The position numbers and the translations under genes were made by a program. From the IMG/VR virus record IMGVR_UViG_3300034018_003010: a stretch of 64,000 nt of DNA; one strand, given 5' to 3'. The notes beneath the pieces were generated by a model. It was given only the letters and a program-made list of their open reading frames with translations, did not search any database and was not told the DNA's origin. The stretch comes from a virus. Positions 20,894 through 29,537 of the stretch are shown one piece after another. The number at the start of each line of letters is the position of its first letter. Position 1 is the stretch's first letter.

Positions 20894-23800
20894 ATGGCAC
20901 AAGATTATCCACAAATAACATTCGTTGTAAACAATGTAAATATGCAGGAAATTTTAAAATATCCTCCTGTAGATCAAAATTATGACAATGTCATAAATCT
21001 ATTAAAACAAACTACATTTTGGATTTTATATGTTCCATATGAATTAAGACATGAAGATTGCTTTACACTTTATGGAAAAGAAGCTTTAGAAGTTCAAAAA
21101 ATTTATATAACAGACGTACAAGAAAACCTAAGAAAACTTGAAATAGGTTACTATGGCATACCAACAACTGATTGCACATGCAAATGCTTAATACAAACAG
21201 ATCCAGCAAGCATAAATATTCAGCAGGTTGGCACCTCTTTATCGGTAGCAATGTCAGCTACTGGTGGCAAATCTCCTTATACATATTCTCTTGATTCTGG
21301 AGTTTTTCCTCCTGGTGTAACCATTTCTTCAACTGGAGTTATAAGTGGAACACCGACTGCTTCAGGGTCTTACGAATTTTCTATTTTAGTAAGTGATGGA
21401 ATTAACAGCGCAATAAAAACTTATAGAATAAAAGTAAAACCTCTAATCGCATTTGCACCCGCATCATTGCCAGCAACAACTCAATCTATTGCTTATAATC
21501 AAACAGTTACAGCATCTGGCGGACTTGCTCCATATGCATACAGTATTATTTCAGGATCATTGCCAACTGGATTGAGTCTAAATTCAGCAACTGGAGCCAT
21601 TACTGGAACTCCTACAACTCCAGGAACTTATAATTTCACTATAGAAGCAACCGATGGAAACAGTGATATAGGTAGCAAAGCATATACAGTAACAATAAAT
21701 AATCCTGTATTAATATCTACAGCAACACTGCCAGACACAACGGAAGGGGAAGTATATAGCCAAACTGTTTCTTCAACAGGAGGAACAGGAGCTGTAACAT
21801 TCTCCGTTTCTTCTGGTTCTTTGCCAACAGGACTAAGCCTAAATGCTGCAACAGGAGTAATAAGCGGAACTGTTACTGTAGCCGGAACTTATAATTTCAC
21901 AATAACAGGAACTGATACAGTAGGAGCAACAGGAAACAAAGCCTACTCTGTTGTTATAAATCCACCAGTAGCGGTTACTCCCTCAACTTTACCAGACACA
22001 ACAATAACAATACCATATTCACAAACAGTAACTGCGACTGGCGGCACAGGCACAAAGACATATGCAGTAACATTTGGATCTTTACCAACAGGACTAAGCT
22101 TAAATACCGCTACCGGACTAGTAAGCGGAACTCCAATTACTGCAGGTCTTTACAATTTTGCCATAACAGCAACCGACACAGTAGGAGCAACGGGAAATAC
22201 TATTTATAATGTAAATATTAATCCTGCCATAACATTAGCTCCAGCAACTCTACCAGCAACAACAGAAAATGTAGCTTATAGCCAAACTGTCACAGCATCT
22301 AACGGAACTGGAACAAAGACATATACATTATCTTCTGGTTCTTTGCCAACAGGACTAAGCTTAAACGCCGCAACAGGTGTTATAAGTGGCACACCTACTG
22401 CTGCTGGAAGCTATACTTTTGATATAACAGCAACAGATACTGTGGGGGCAACAGGAACAATAACTTACACAACAACAATAAATGCAGCCATGACTATGGC
22501 TCCAGCTTCTTTGCCAACAACAACACAAGGAGTTGCTTATAACCAAACTGTTACAGCATCTAATGGCACAGGAGCAAAGACATATACTGTAACCTCTGGA
22601 AGCTTACCAACAGGACTAAGCCTAAATGCTTCAAGCGGTGCAATAACAGGAACTGCAACTGCTGCTGCTACTTACAACTTTACAATTACAGCCACAGATA
22701 CTGTAGGCGCAACTGTAAGTCAGCCATACACAGTATTAGTAAATGTTCCACTTTCAATATCTCCTGCAACTCTACCAGATACAACAATAAATGTTGCTTA
22801 CAGCCAAACAATAACAGGAACAGGTGGAACTGCTCCTCTTGCTTATTCAGTATCTGCTGGTTCTTTGCCAGCAGGATTAAGTATAAATGCCACAACGGGG
22901 GCAATAACTGGAACTCCAACTGCAACAGGCGCTTCGAGTTTCACAATTACTGTAACAGACGCAAATGGTGCGACAGCAAGCCAAGCATATACAGTAACAA
23001 TTAATGCTGCAGTTACAGTATCTCCAGCAACTCTACCAGATACAACAATAAATGTTGCATACAGTCAAACAGTATCCGCTTCTAATGGAACAGGAGCTAA
23101 GACATTCTCAGTAACTTCTGGTTCTCTACCAACAGGATTAAGCTTAAACGGTGCATCTGGTGTTATAAGTGGAACACCAACGGCTACAGGAACATCTAAT
23201 TTCACAATTACAGCTACAGATACAGTAGGAGCAACAGGAAGTCAAGCTTATACCGTTGTTATAAACCCAGCAGTTTCAATTACAACTGCAACTCTACCAG
23301 ATACAACAATAAATGTTGCTTACAACCAAACCGTTGCTGCAACAGGTGGTACAGGAGCAAAGACATTCTCAGTAACTTCTGGAAGCTTACCAACAGGATT
23401 AACCTTAACAGGCGCCTCTGGTGTTATAAGCGGAACTTCTACTGCTGCAGCAACATACAACTTCACAGTCACAGCTACCGATACAGTAGGAGCAACAGGA
23501 AGCCAAGCCTATAGCGTTGTTGTAAGCGGAGCTCTTTCAATATCTCCTGCAACATTACCAGACACAACAATAAATACTGCTTACAGTCAGACAATAACAG
23601 CATCAGGTGGAACAGCTCCTATTACTTATTCTGTTTCTGCTGGTTCATTGCCAACTGGCTTAAGCCTAGATGCCAATACTGGTGTAATAAGCGGAACTCC
23701 AACAAGTGCTGCGACATCAAACTTTACAATTACAGCTACAGATGCTTCTTTGGCAACAGCAAGCCAAGCTTACTCAGTCACAATAAACCCAGCTATTTCT

Positions 23801-25468
23801 GTATCGCCAGCAACACTACCAGACACAACAATAAATGTTGCCTACTCACAGACAGTAACAGCCTCCAATGGTACTGGAGCCAAGACATACTCTGTAACAT
23901 CTGGTTCTCTACCAACAGGATTAAGCCTAACAGGAGCTTCTGGTGTTATAAGCGGAACTCCAACTGCTACAGGAACATCAAACTTCACAATCACAGCTAC
24001 CGATACCGTTGGAGCAACAGGAAGCCAAGCTTACTCAGTCACTATTAATAGTGCTGTTTCAATTACAACAGCTACTTTGCCAGACACAACAATAAACACG
24101 GCTTATTCTCAAACTGTTTCTGCAACAGGAGGAACTGGAGCCAAGACATTCTCCGTAACTTCTGGTTCTCTACCAACAGGATTAAGCCTAACAGGAGCTT
24201 CTGGCGTTATAAGTGGCACACCAACAAGTGCTGCAACATACAACTTCACAATAACAGCTACCGATACCGTTGGAGCAACAGCAAACCAAGCTTACACAGT
24301 TGTTATAAATTCAGCAGTTTCAATTACAACAGCAACACTTCCAAATCCCGTTGTTGGAACTGCCTATAACGAAACTGTTGCTGCAACAGGAGGAACTGGG
24401 GCTAAGACATTCTCTGTTACTGTTGGATCTTTGCCAGCAGGATTAAGCCTAGCAGGAGCATCTGGTGTTATAAGTGGAACTCCTACAACTACAGGAGCCG
24501 TTTCTTTCACAATTACAGCTACCGATACCGTTGGAGCTACAGGCAGCCAAGCTTACACAGTAACAGTACAAGCAGCAGCAACAACAACTACCACACCCGC
24601 ACCTACTACCACAACTACTACCACAACTACTACTACAACCACGCCTACACCCACAACAACTACTACCACAACCACACCTGTTCCAACCACAACAACTACC
24701 ACACCCGCACCTACAACCACAACAACTACCACACCCGCACCTACAACCACAACAACTACCACACCCGCACCTACAACCACAACAACTACCACACCCGCAC
24801 CTACAACAACTACAACCACACCAGTTCCAACTACCACAACAACAACTCCCGCACCTACAACAACTACAACCACACCAGTTCCAACTACCACAACAACTAC
24901 AACAACCACGACAACTACACCTGCTCCTAGCTGCATAGTTGTAGACACAGGTAACACAAGCGATATGACTCACGCACAGCTTGCAAGCCCTGCAGATGGT
25001 ATCTCTTACAGCAATAACTCTGTTGCAGGAACAACCACTACAACAACACCCGTTCCAACAACTACAACAACAACTACACCGGCTGGTGGGGCAACACCAA
25101 TAAGTGGTGGAGCAGGTTGCTTGACAGCGACAGATATGAATTCAATTGGTATAGCAAATAAATATTTAATATCTATAGATGATACAAATCAATACTGGTA
25201 TAATATTAATGTATCCAAAGCTGTTTGGTCTGTTAAAAAAATATACATAAATACAACAGATACAATAAATCTAGGATGGATCGGCAACGACAGTTGTACA
25301 GATCAAAATGACTATTATGGTACAAATACTTGGTCTAGCGGAGTAGAAATTGCAACTATGCCTTGGACAATTGATGATCCATTGTCTAACAATGGAACAT
25401 TTAAAATTTGGATAATGTTACCATCAGGTGCTAGCGCAGCTTCTTATGAACTTTGGATAGACGATTAA
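20894..25468 (+). CDS. Large virion surface protein C: shared N-domain, 13 putative-Ig (He_PIG-like) repeats, Pro/Thr linker, C-terminal domain
   Basis: Repeated ~87-aa unit SGSLPTGLSL..ASGVISGTPT..GTYNFTITATD; MAQDYPQITFVV start preceded by GATAAATA. Confidence 0.85.
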   Translation: MAQDYPQITFVVNNVNMQEILKYPPVDQNYDNVINLLKQTTFWILYVPYELRHEDCFTLYGKEALEVQKIYITDVQENLRKLEIGYYGIPTTDCTCKCLIQTDPASINIQQVGTSLSVAMSATGGKSPYTYSLDSGVFPPGVTISSTGVISGTPTASGSYEFSILVSDGINSAIKTYRIKVKPLIAFAPASLPATTQSIAYNQTVTASGGLAPYAYSIISGSLPTGLSLNSATGAITGTPTTPGTYNFTIEATDGNSDIGSKAYTVTINNPVLISTATLPDTTEGEVYSQTVSSTGGTGAVTFSVSSGSLPTGLSLNAATGVISGTVTVAGTYNFTITGTDTVGATGNKAYSVVINPPVAVTPSTLPDTTITIPYSQTVTATGGTGTKTYAVTFGSLPTGLSLNTATGLVSGTPITAGLYNFAITATDTVGATGNTIYNVNINPAITLAPATLPATTENVAYSQTVTASNGTGTKTYTLSSGSLPTGLSLNAATGVISGTPTAAGSYTFDITATDTVGATGTITYTTTINAAMTMAPASLPTTTQGVAYNQTVTASNGTGAKTYTVTSGSLPTGLSLNASSGAITGTATAAATYNFTITATDTVGATVSQPYTVLVNVPLSISPATLPDTTINVAYSQTITGTGGTAPLAYSVSAGSLPAGLSINATTGAITGTPTATGASSFTITVTDANGATASQAYTVTINAAVTVSPATLPDTTINVAYSQTVSASNGTGAKTFSVTSGSLPTGLSLNGASGVISGTPTATGTSNFTITATDTVGATGSQAYTVVINPAVSITTATLPDTTINVAYNQTVAATGGTGAKTFSVTSGSLPTGLTLTGASGVISGTSTAAATYNFTVTATDTVGATGSQAYSVVVSGALSISPATLPDTTINTAYSQTITASGGTAPITYSVSAGSLPTGLSLDANTGVISGTPTSAATSNFTITATDASLATASQAYSVTINPAISVSPATLPDTTINVAYSQTVTASNGTGAKTYSVTSGSLPTGLSLTGASGVISGTPTATGTSNFTITATDTVGATGSQAYSVTINSAVSITTATLPDTTINTAYSQTVSATGGTGAKTFSVTSGSLPTGLSLTGASGVISGTPTSAATYNFTITATDTVGATANQAYTVVINSAVSITTATLPNPVVGTAYNETVAATGGTGAKTFSVTVGSLPAGLSLAGASGVISGTPTTTGAVSFTITATDTVGATGSQAYTVTVQAAATTTTTPAPTTTTTTTTTTTTTPTPTTTTTTTTPVPTTTTTTPAPTTTTTTTPAPTTTTTTTPAPTTTTTTTPAPTTTTTTPVPTTTTTTPAPTTTTTTPVPTTTTTTTTTTTTPAPSCIVVDTGNTSDMTHAQLASPADGISYSNNSVAGTTTTTTPVPTTTTTTTPAGGATPISGGAGCLTATDMNSIGIANKYLISIDDTNQYWYNINVSKAVWSVKKIYINTTDTINLGWIGNDSCTDQNDYYGTNTWSSGVEIATMPWTIDDPLSNNGTFKIWIMLPSGASAASYELWIDD
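24691..24810 (+). repeat. 30-bp tandem repeat x4 encoding TTTTPAPTTT
   Basis: Units of aacaactaccacacccgcacctacaaccac are directly visible. Confidence 0.9.
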
Positions 25469-25479
25469 AGGAAAAAATT

Positions 25480-26163
25480 ATGGCACAACCAACAATTTAT
25501 GCTAATATAGACTGTGATGGACAAGTAGAAGTCAAAGTAAATAATGACACCGGCTATCCTTGCACCATTATAACAAATACAGGCGTAAATGAATCTATTC
25601 CAAGCACCGGAACTGATGTTTATAGAAATTATAATTTAACAAGCTCAGATTGGGTAAAAGTTGTTGCTGCTCAAGACGCAACTATTGCTGCTAATAAATT
25701 AACTGGAACAATTAAATATATTACTTCTGTAACTACCACTCCTGCTCCGACTACAACCACAACAACTACAACACCGCCTGCAGGAAATGCATTGCCAGCA
25801 GGCGGAGCAGATTGCGACAATAATACAAATTGGCCATCCTCAGATAATACAAAATACCAAGTAACATTCCCAGATACGACTACCGAGTGGACTTATTACT
25901 ATGCTGGTGTAGATACTAAAAAACTATATATGTCGGTTGTAGGAGATCCAACTACTCCAATTTCCACTGGCACAGACAGTGTAAAAGTATGTAGATGTTC
26001 CGATGGAACCTTCCCATGCTTTTTTGATGCTTGCAGTTCGCCAAATGGACCTAGTCTTTTGAGCGGATTCGATATGAGTGCAGCAACTTCAGGAAAATTC
26101 TCAATTCAAGCTAATAATGCCGCACTTACTGGAATAGCATTTGATATTTGGATTGACAATTAA
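25480..26163 (+). CDS. Small Thr-linker protein whose C-terminal domain resembles that of 20894
   Basis: SD AAGGA precedes ATG 25480. AGGADC...KYQV...KKLY...FDIWIDN compares with SGGAGC...KYLI...KKIY...YELWIDD. Confidence 0.7.
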   Translation: MAQPTIYANIDCDGQVEVKVNNDTGYPCTIITNTGVNESIPSTGTDVYRNYNLTSSDWVKVVAAQDATIAANKLTGTIKYITSVTTTPAPTTTTTTTTPPAGNALPAGGADCDNNTNWPSSDNTKYQVTFPDTTTEWTYYYAGVDTKKLYMSVVGDPTTPISTGTDSVKVCRCSDGTFPCFFDACSSPNGPSLLSGFDMSAATSGKFSIQANNAALTGIAFDIWIDN

Positions 26164-26165
26164 AC

Positions 26166-26199
26166 AAAAAAAGCCCCGTTTAATAACGGGGCTTTTTTT
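26166..26199. terminator. Bidirectional intrinsic terminator
   Basis: aaaaaaagccccgtt-taat-aacggggcttttttt lies between convergent genes. Confidence 0.9.
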
Positions 26200-26216
26200 G
26201 TTTAAACTTTTAAACT

Positions 26217-27095
26217 CTATTTGGCTTCATCTGGAACATCGGTCAAATCCTTATACTTTTCAAAAGCATCTGGATGGACTTCCAACACTCTTACCTTAGC
26301 TCTTTCAACAAAATCCTTTGGTTGGTTCTTCAAGAACCAATTAGCTACAGTCTCTGGATTCTTTCCAGTCTCAAAGTAAGCAATCATATAATTGTAAATC
26401 TTATCAATGATATCCAAACGATATGTGATAGGCTTGCTTCTCAAGAATCTGTGAATCCAACCCAAAGCCGTATGAAGCTTTACCTTGCCACCATTCTTGC
26501 GAACAAGTTCGTGGACATAACCTTCTTCTCCAGCAAAGCCAGAGAAGTTAGGACTAAATCCTGGCCAATGCTCCTTCTTCATCAAAAACATTGCAGTTCC
26601 ATGCATTGGAATCTCAGAAACAGGAGGCAATGGATTCTTTGTGTTCCAAATTCCAAAGAAATCACCACGCCACTTTGGGTCCATATGGGTGGCAATAACA
26701 TCCTTGTTTTCATTCAACAAAGGACCACACCACATGTCCTTGCCAATAAAATCACCATTGATTCCATTCATAATGTAATCAATTGCACCAGCCTGCAAAA
26801 TAACATGGCTGTCTAGCAATAATACATATTCGCCATCAGCATGTTCAAAAACGCTGTTCTTGGCATGTGCTGGTCCCTTTTCCTTTGGAGCATGGACATA
26901 CTTGGCTCCACTCAAAGCACAAAGATTTTCCAAAGACTCTGTCTTCTTTGGAAGATCATCAATCATCAAAAGCTGAATATCTGGACAAGTTCTCGAATTA
27001 CCAGTATGATACATTCTCAAGCAAGATGCTGTCCAAAAAGCACCCTCAATATCATCATGGCAAGCCCAACCAATAGTTAATTTATATTGCGACAT
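26217..27095 (-). CDS. GT2 (GT-A fold) glycosyltransferase
   Basis: Motifs LMIDD, GPAHAKN, ADGEYVLLLDSH and FAGEEG; SD AAGGAG precedes ATG 27095. Confidence 0.8.
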   Translation of the reverse strand: MSQYKLTIGWACHDDIEGAFWTASCLRMYHTGNSRTCPDIQLLMIDDLPKKTESLENLCALSGAKYVHAPKEKGPAHAKNSVFEHADGEYVLLLDSHVILQAGAIDYIMNGINGDFIGKDMWCGPLLNENKDVIATHMDPKWRGDFFGIWNTKNPLPPVSEIPMHGTAMFLMKKEHWPGFSPNFSGFAGEEGYVHELVRKNGGKVKLHTALGWIHRFLRSKPITYRLDIIDKIYNYMIAYFETGKNPETVANWFLKNQPKDFVERAKVRVLEVHPDAFEKYKDLTDVPDEAK

Positions 27096-27153
27096 TTTTT
27101 GCTCCTTTACTATAATCATTATAGCAACAAAAATATATTTTAAGGAAATAATT

Positions 27154-27885
27154 ATGTCAAAGCCTGGTATTTCTTGTTATTGCAGCACTTTTGGAAGACC
27201 AGTAGGTTTAGTAGAAAACTCAATTCAATGCTTTTTAGATCAAGATTATGACGGACCAAAAGAATTAGTTATATTAAATGACCTAAATGTTCAAGAACTT
27301 GTTTTTGATCATCCAGAAGTAAGAATAATAAATCATCCAGAAAGAATAAAACCACTAGGCAAAAAATTTAATGATAATATATTACTTTGCAAGTATGATA
27401 TATTAGCTTGCTGGGAAGATGATGATGTTTTTCTCAAAAATAGGCTTTCTTACAGCTTCGAACATATGAAAAATGGCATTTTTCATACCCCACAAGCTTT
27501 TTTTGAACGTGGCATAAAAGACATCATATTATCTCAAAACATTTTTCATTCCACCCACATGTTCACAAGAGAGTTGTTTGATAAAGTTGGTCGATATACA
27601 GAAGCCGATCAATGTAGCATCGATGTTTCTATTATGGAAAAATTCAGAAAAGAACTTGGACACTATCAACAAGACATGGATGTAAAAGATAGATGGTATA
27701 TTTATGTTTGGGGAGGAGCTGGATCATACCACGGCTCAGGATGGGGACCTTCAAATGAAAACATTTCAGATTCAGCAGCACAAATAGTAGAAATGCAAAT
27801 TGAACAAGGCCATGTAAAAACTGGAAAAATTGTACTTGAGCCAAAATTAAGATACAATTTTTATGAGTATCTTCCAAAAGAATAA
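27154..27885 (+). CDS. GT2-like glycosyltransferase
   Basis: Motifs STFGRP, FLDQDY..PKELVILND, LGKKFN and ACWEDDD (DxD motif). Confidence 0.8.
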   Translation: MSKPGISCYCSTFGRPVGLVENSIQCFLDQDYDGPKELVILNDLNVQELVFDHPEVRIINHPERIKPLGKKFNDNILLCKYDILACWEDDDVFLKNRLSYSFEHMKNGIFHTPQAFFERGIKDIILSQNIFHSTHMFTRELFDKVGRYTEADQCSIDVSIMEKFRKELGHYQQDMDVKDRWYIYVWGGAGSYHGSGWGPSNENISDSAAQIVEMQIEQGHVKTGKIVLEPKLRYNFYEYLPKE

Positions 27886-27918
27886 CTATATTATTTTCAT
27901 CCAAAGAAAGGTAAAAAA

Positions 27919-28770
27919 ATGTTACTATCAGAAAAATATTTGGCAGAATCAGTTAACGCTAAAGGAGATCTATCAGAACACCTTTATACAATTAAGAAGT
28001 ATGCGGAAAAATGCGAACACATTACAGAACTAGGTGTTCGCTGGGTCATAAGTACTTGGGCACTGCTTGCCGGAAAGCCAAAAACACTAAATTCTTTTGA
28101 CGTAATTCATTATATTTATCACGGAGTTCCACCCAATAAAATTATTGATGCCGCAAAAGAACAAGGAACTGATTTTAATTTCTTTGAAGAAAATGTACTT
28201 TGTACTGATAAGATTGTTCCAACAGATTTGTTATTTATAGACACTTTACATAGCTACAAGCAATTAAAACTAGAACTTTACCTACATGGAAATAAAGCAA
28301 GAAAATATATAATTATTACAAATACTGTTACTTATGGAAATAGAAATGAAGGACCAGTTTTGTCAGAAAAGTTAGATGGAGAAGCCCTGCATGTATTTAA
28401 TAATCTACAAGACAAGCAAGGTGTAATGACTGCCATTAAAGAATTCGTTGAAGAAAACTCAGAATGGCGAGTCAAGGAATTCTTCAAGAACTGCAATGGT
28501 TTGTGCGTCCTAGAAAGAATCCCCGTCTCTCCAAGCGGATTGGCAGTAACAGGAACATCAATGAGCACCACTTTTACAGGAGTTGCTAACAATGCCCCCG
28601 TTGTTAATAATACCCATGTTGAACAACCCGCTCCTGTACCAGTATTTGTTACGCAACAACCAAACAATCAAAATTCTACAAACAAGCTAATAATAGCAGG
28701 ACTTGTGGGGTTTTGCTTCACCGTAACAGCAGCAGCGGTAGTAACAGCAGTTTACTTCGCAACTCGTTAA
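27919..28770 (+). CDS. Class I SAM methyltransferase (Methyltransf_24-like) with a C-terminal linker and hydrophobic helix
   Basis: Motifs ITELGVR, DLLFIDTLHSYKQL and NCNGLCVL; C-terminal LIIAGLVGFCFTVTAAAVVTAVYF. Confidence 0.75.
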   Translation: MLLSEKYLAESVNAKGDLSEHLYTIKKYAEKCEHITELGVRWVISTWALLAGKPKTLNSFDVIHYIYHGVPPNKIIDAAKEQGTDFNFFEENVLCTDKIVPTDLLFIDTLHSYKQLKLELYLHGNKARKYIIITNTVTYGNRNEGPVLSEKLDGEALHVFNNLQDKQGVMTAIKEFVEENSEWRVKEFFKNCNGLCVLERIPVSPSGLAVTGTSMSTTFTGVANNAPVVNNTHVEQPAPVPVFVTQQPNNQNSTNKLIIAGLVGFCFTVTAAAVVTAVYFATR

Positions 28771-28789
28771 TTTTAAATTAAATGCTATT

Positions 28790-28822
28790 TTAGGGGCGAG
28801 AAAATCTCGTCCCTATTTTTTT
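28790..28822. terminator. Intrinsic terminator between convergent genes
   Basis: taggggcgag-aaaat-ctcgtcccta followed by a T run. Confidence 0.7.
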
Positions 28823-29498
28823 AAAATATTTTTAAAGCAGGATTTTGCTGCCTCATAACCCAAAAATTAGATTGAGTAGAATTGTAAGTCTTATTATATC
28901 TACGACAAAAATCATTCACAGCGTCTCTAACACCCGTCCAATCAATATCATGCCCAAAGAATACTCCATTCTCATTTAAAAGAGGATAATAAGATTCTAA
29001 ATCAGACATTACACTTTTGTAAGTGTGATCTCCATCAATATAAATCATATCAAATTTAACATTATGAAAAGAAAGAACGTCCGCCGCTAATGTAGAAGGC
29101 AAAGGAATAGGCGTTATATAATTTTCTAATTTTGAATGACAAACATTTGCCAAAAAATTATAATAAAATGAAGGATACCCGTTTACCGTGTTAAACTGCC
29201 TGTCCGGACTGGGATAAGTATAAAACTCAACCGAACCAAGCCATGTGTCTATACAAAAAATATGACCGTCTATATTGTATTTTTTTAAAGCATTAGCCAT
29301 ATTAATTGCAGATTGTCCCTTATATGTTCCAACTTCCGCAATTAAACTTGGCCTATTTGTTTTTATTAAATTTTCAAATACAATATCGTTTCCACCCCAC
29401 CCAAAAACTTCATATGGATAAGATGAAAAATTAAAGCCGCTGTATGTGTCTTCACGCAGCAGCTTTTTTCTTATACTTTGAATAAATTCACTTGCCAA
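28821..29498 (-). CDS. Class I SAM methyltransferase (Methyltransf_24-like)
   Basis: Motifs IAEVGTYKGQS, CIDTW, FDMIYIDGDHTY and GHDIDW.GV..AV. Confidence 0.85.
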   Translation of the reverse strand: MASEFIQSIRKKLLREDTYSGFNFSSYPYEVFGWGGNDIVFENLIKTNRPSLIAEVGTYKGQSAINMANALKKYNIDGHIFCIDTWLGSVEFYTYPSPDRQFNTVNGYPSFYYNFLANVCHSKLENYITPIPLPSTLAADVLSFHNVKFDMIYIDGDHTYKSVMSDLESYYPLLNENGVFFGHDIDWTGVRDAVNDFCRRYNKTYNSTQSNFWVMRQQNPALKIF

Positions 29499-29537
29499 GA
29501 ATTAGTCTTCTTTCTTTTTATGTGGCTACTCAGGTAT

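Noticed and set aside
3601-24810. CRISPR-like arrays
   Set aside because: The 30-bp repeats are contiguous, in-frame coding units with no unique spacers; there are no cas genes.
3447-24973. Many poly-Val, poly-Gln/Leu, poly-Asn/His/Tyr and poly-Cys ORFs in alternative frames
   Set aside because: These are shadows of ACN (Thr) triplet tracts, which lack stop codons in other frames; they have no independent start signals.
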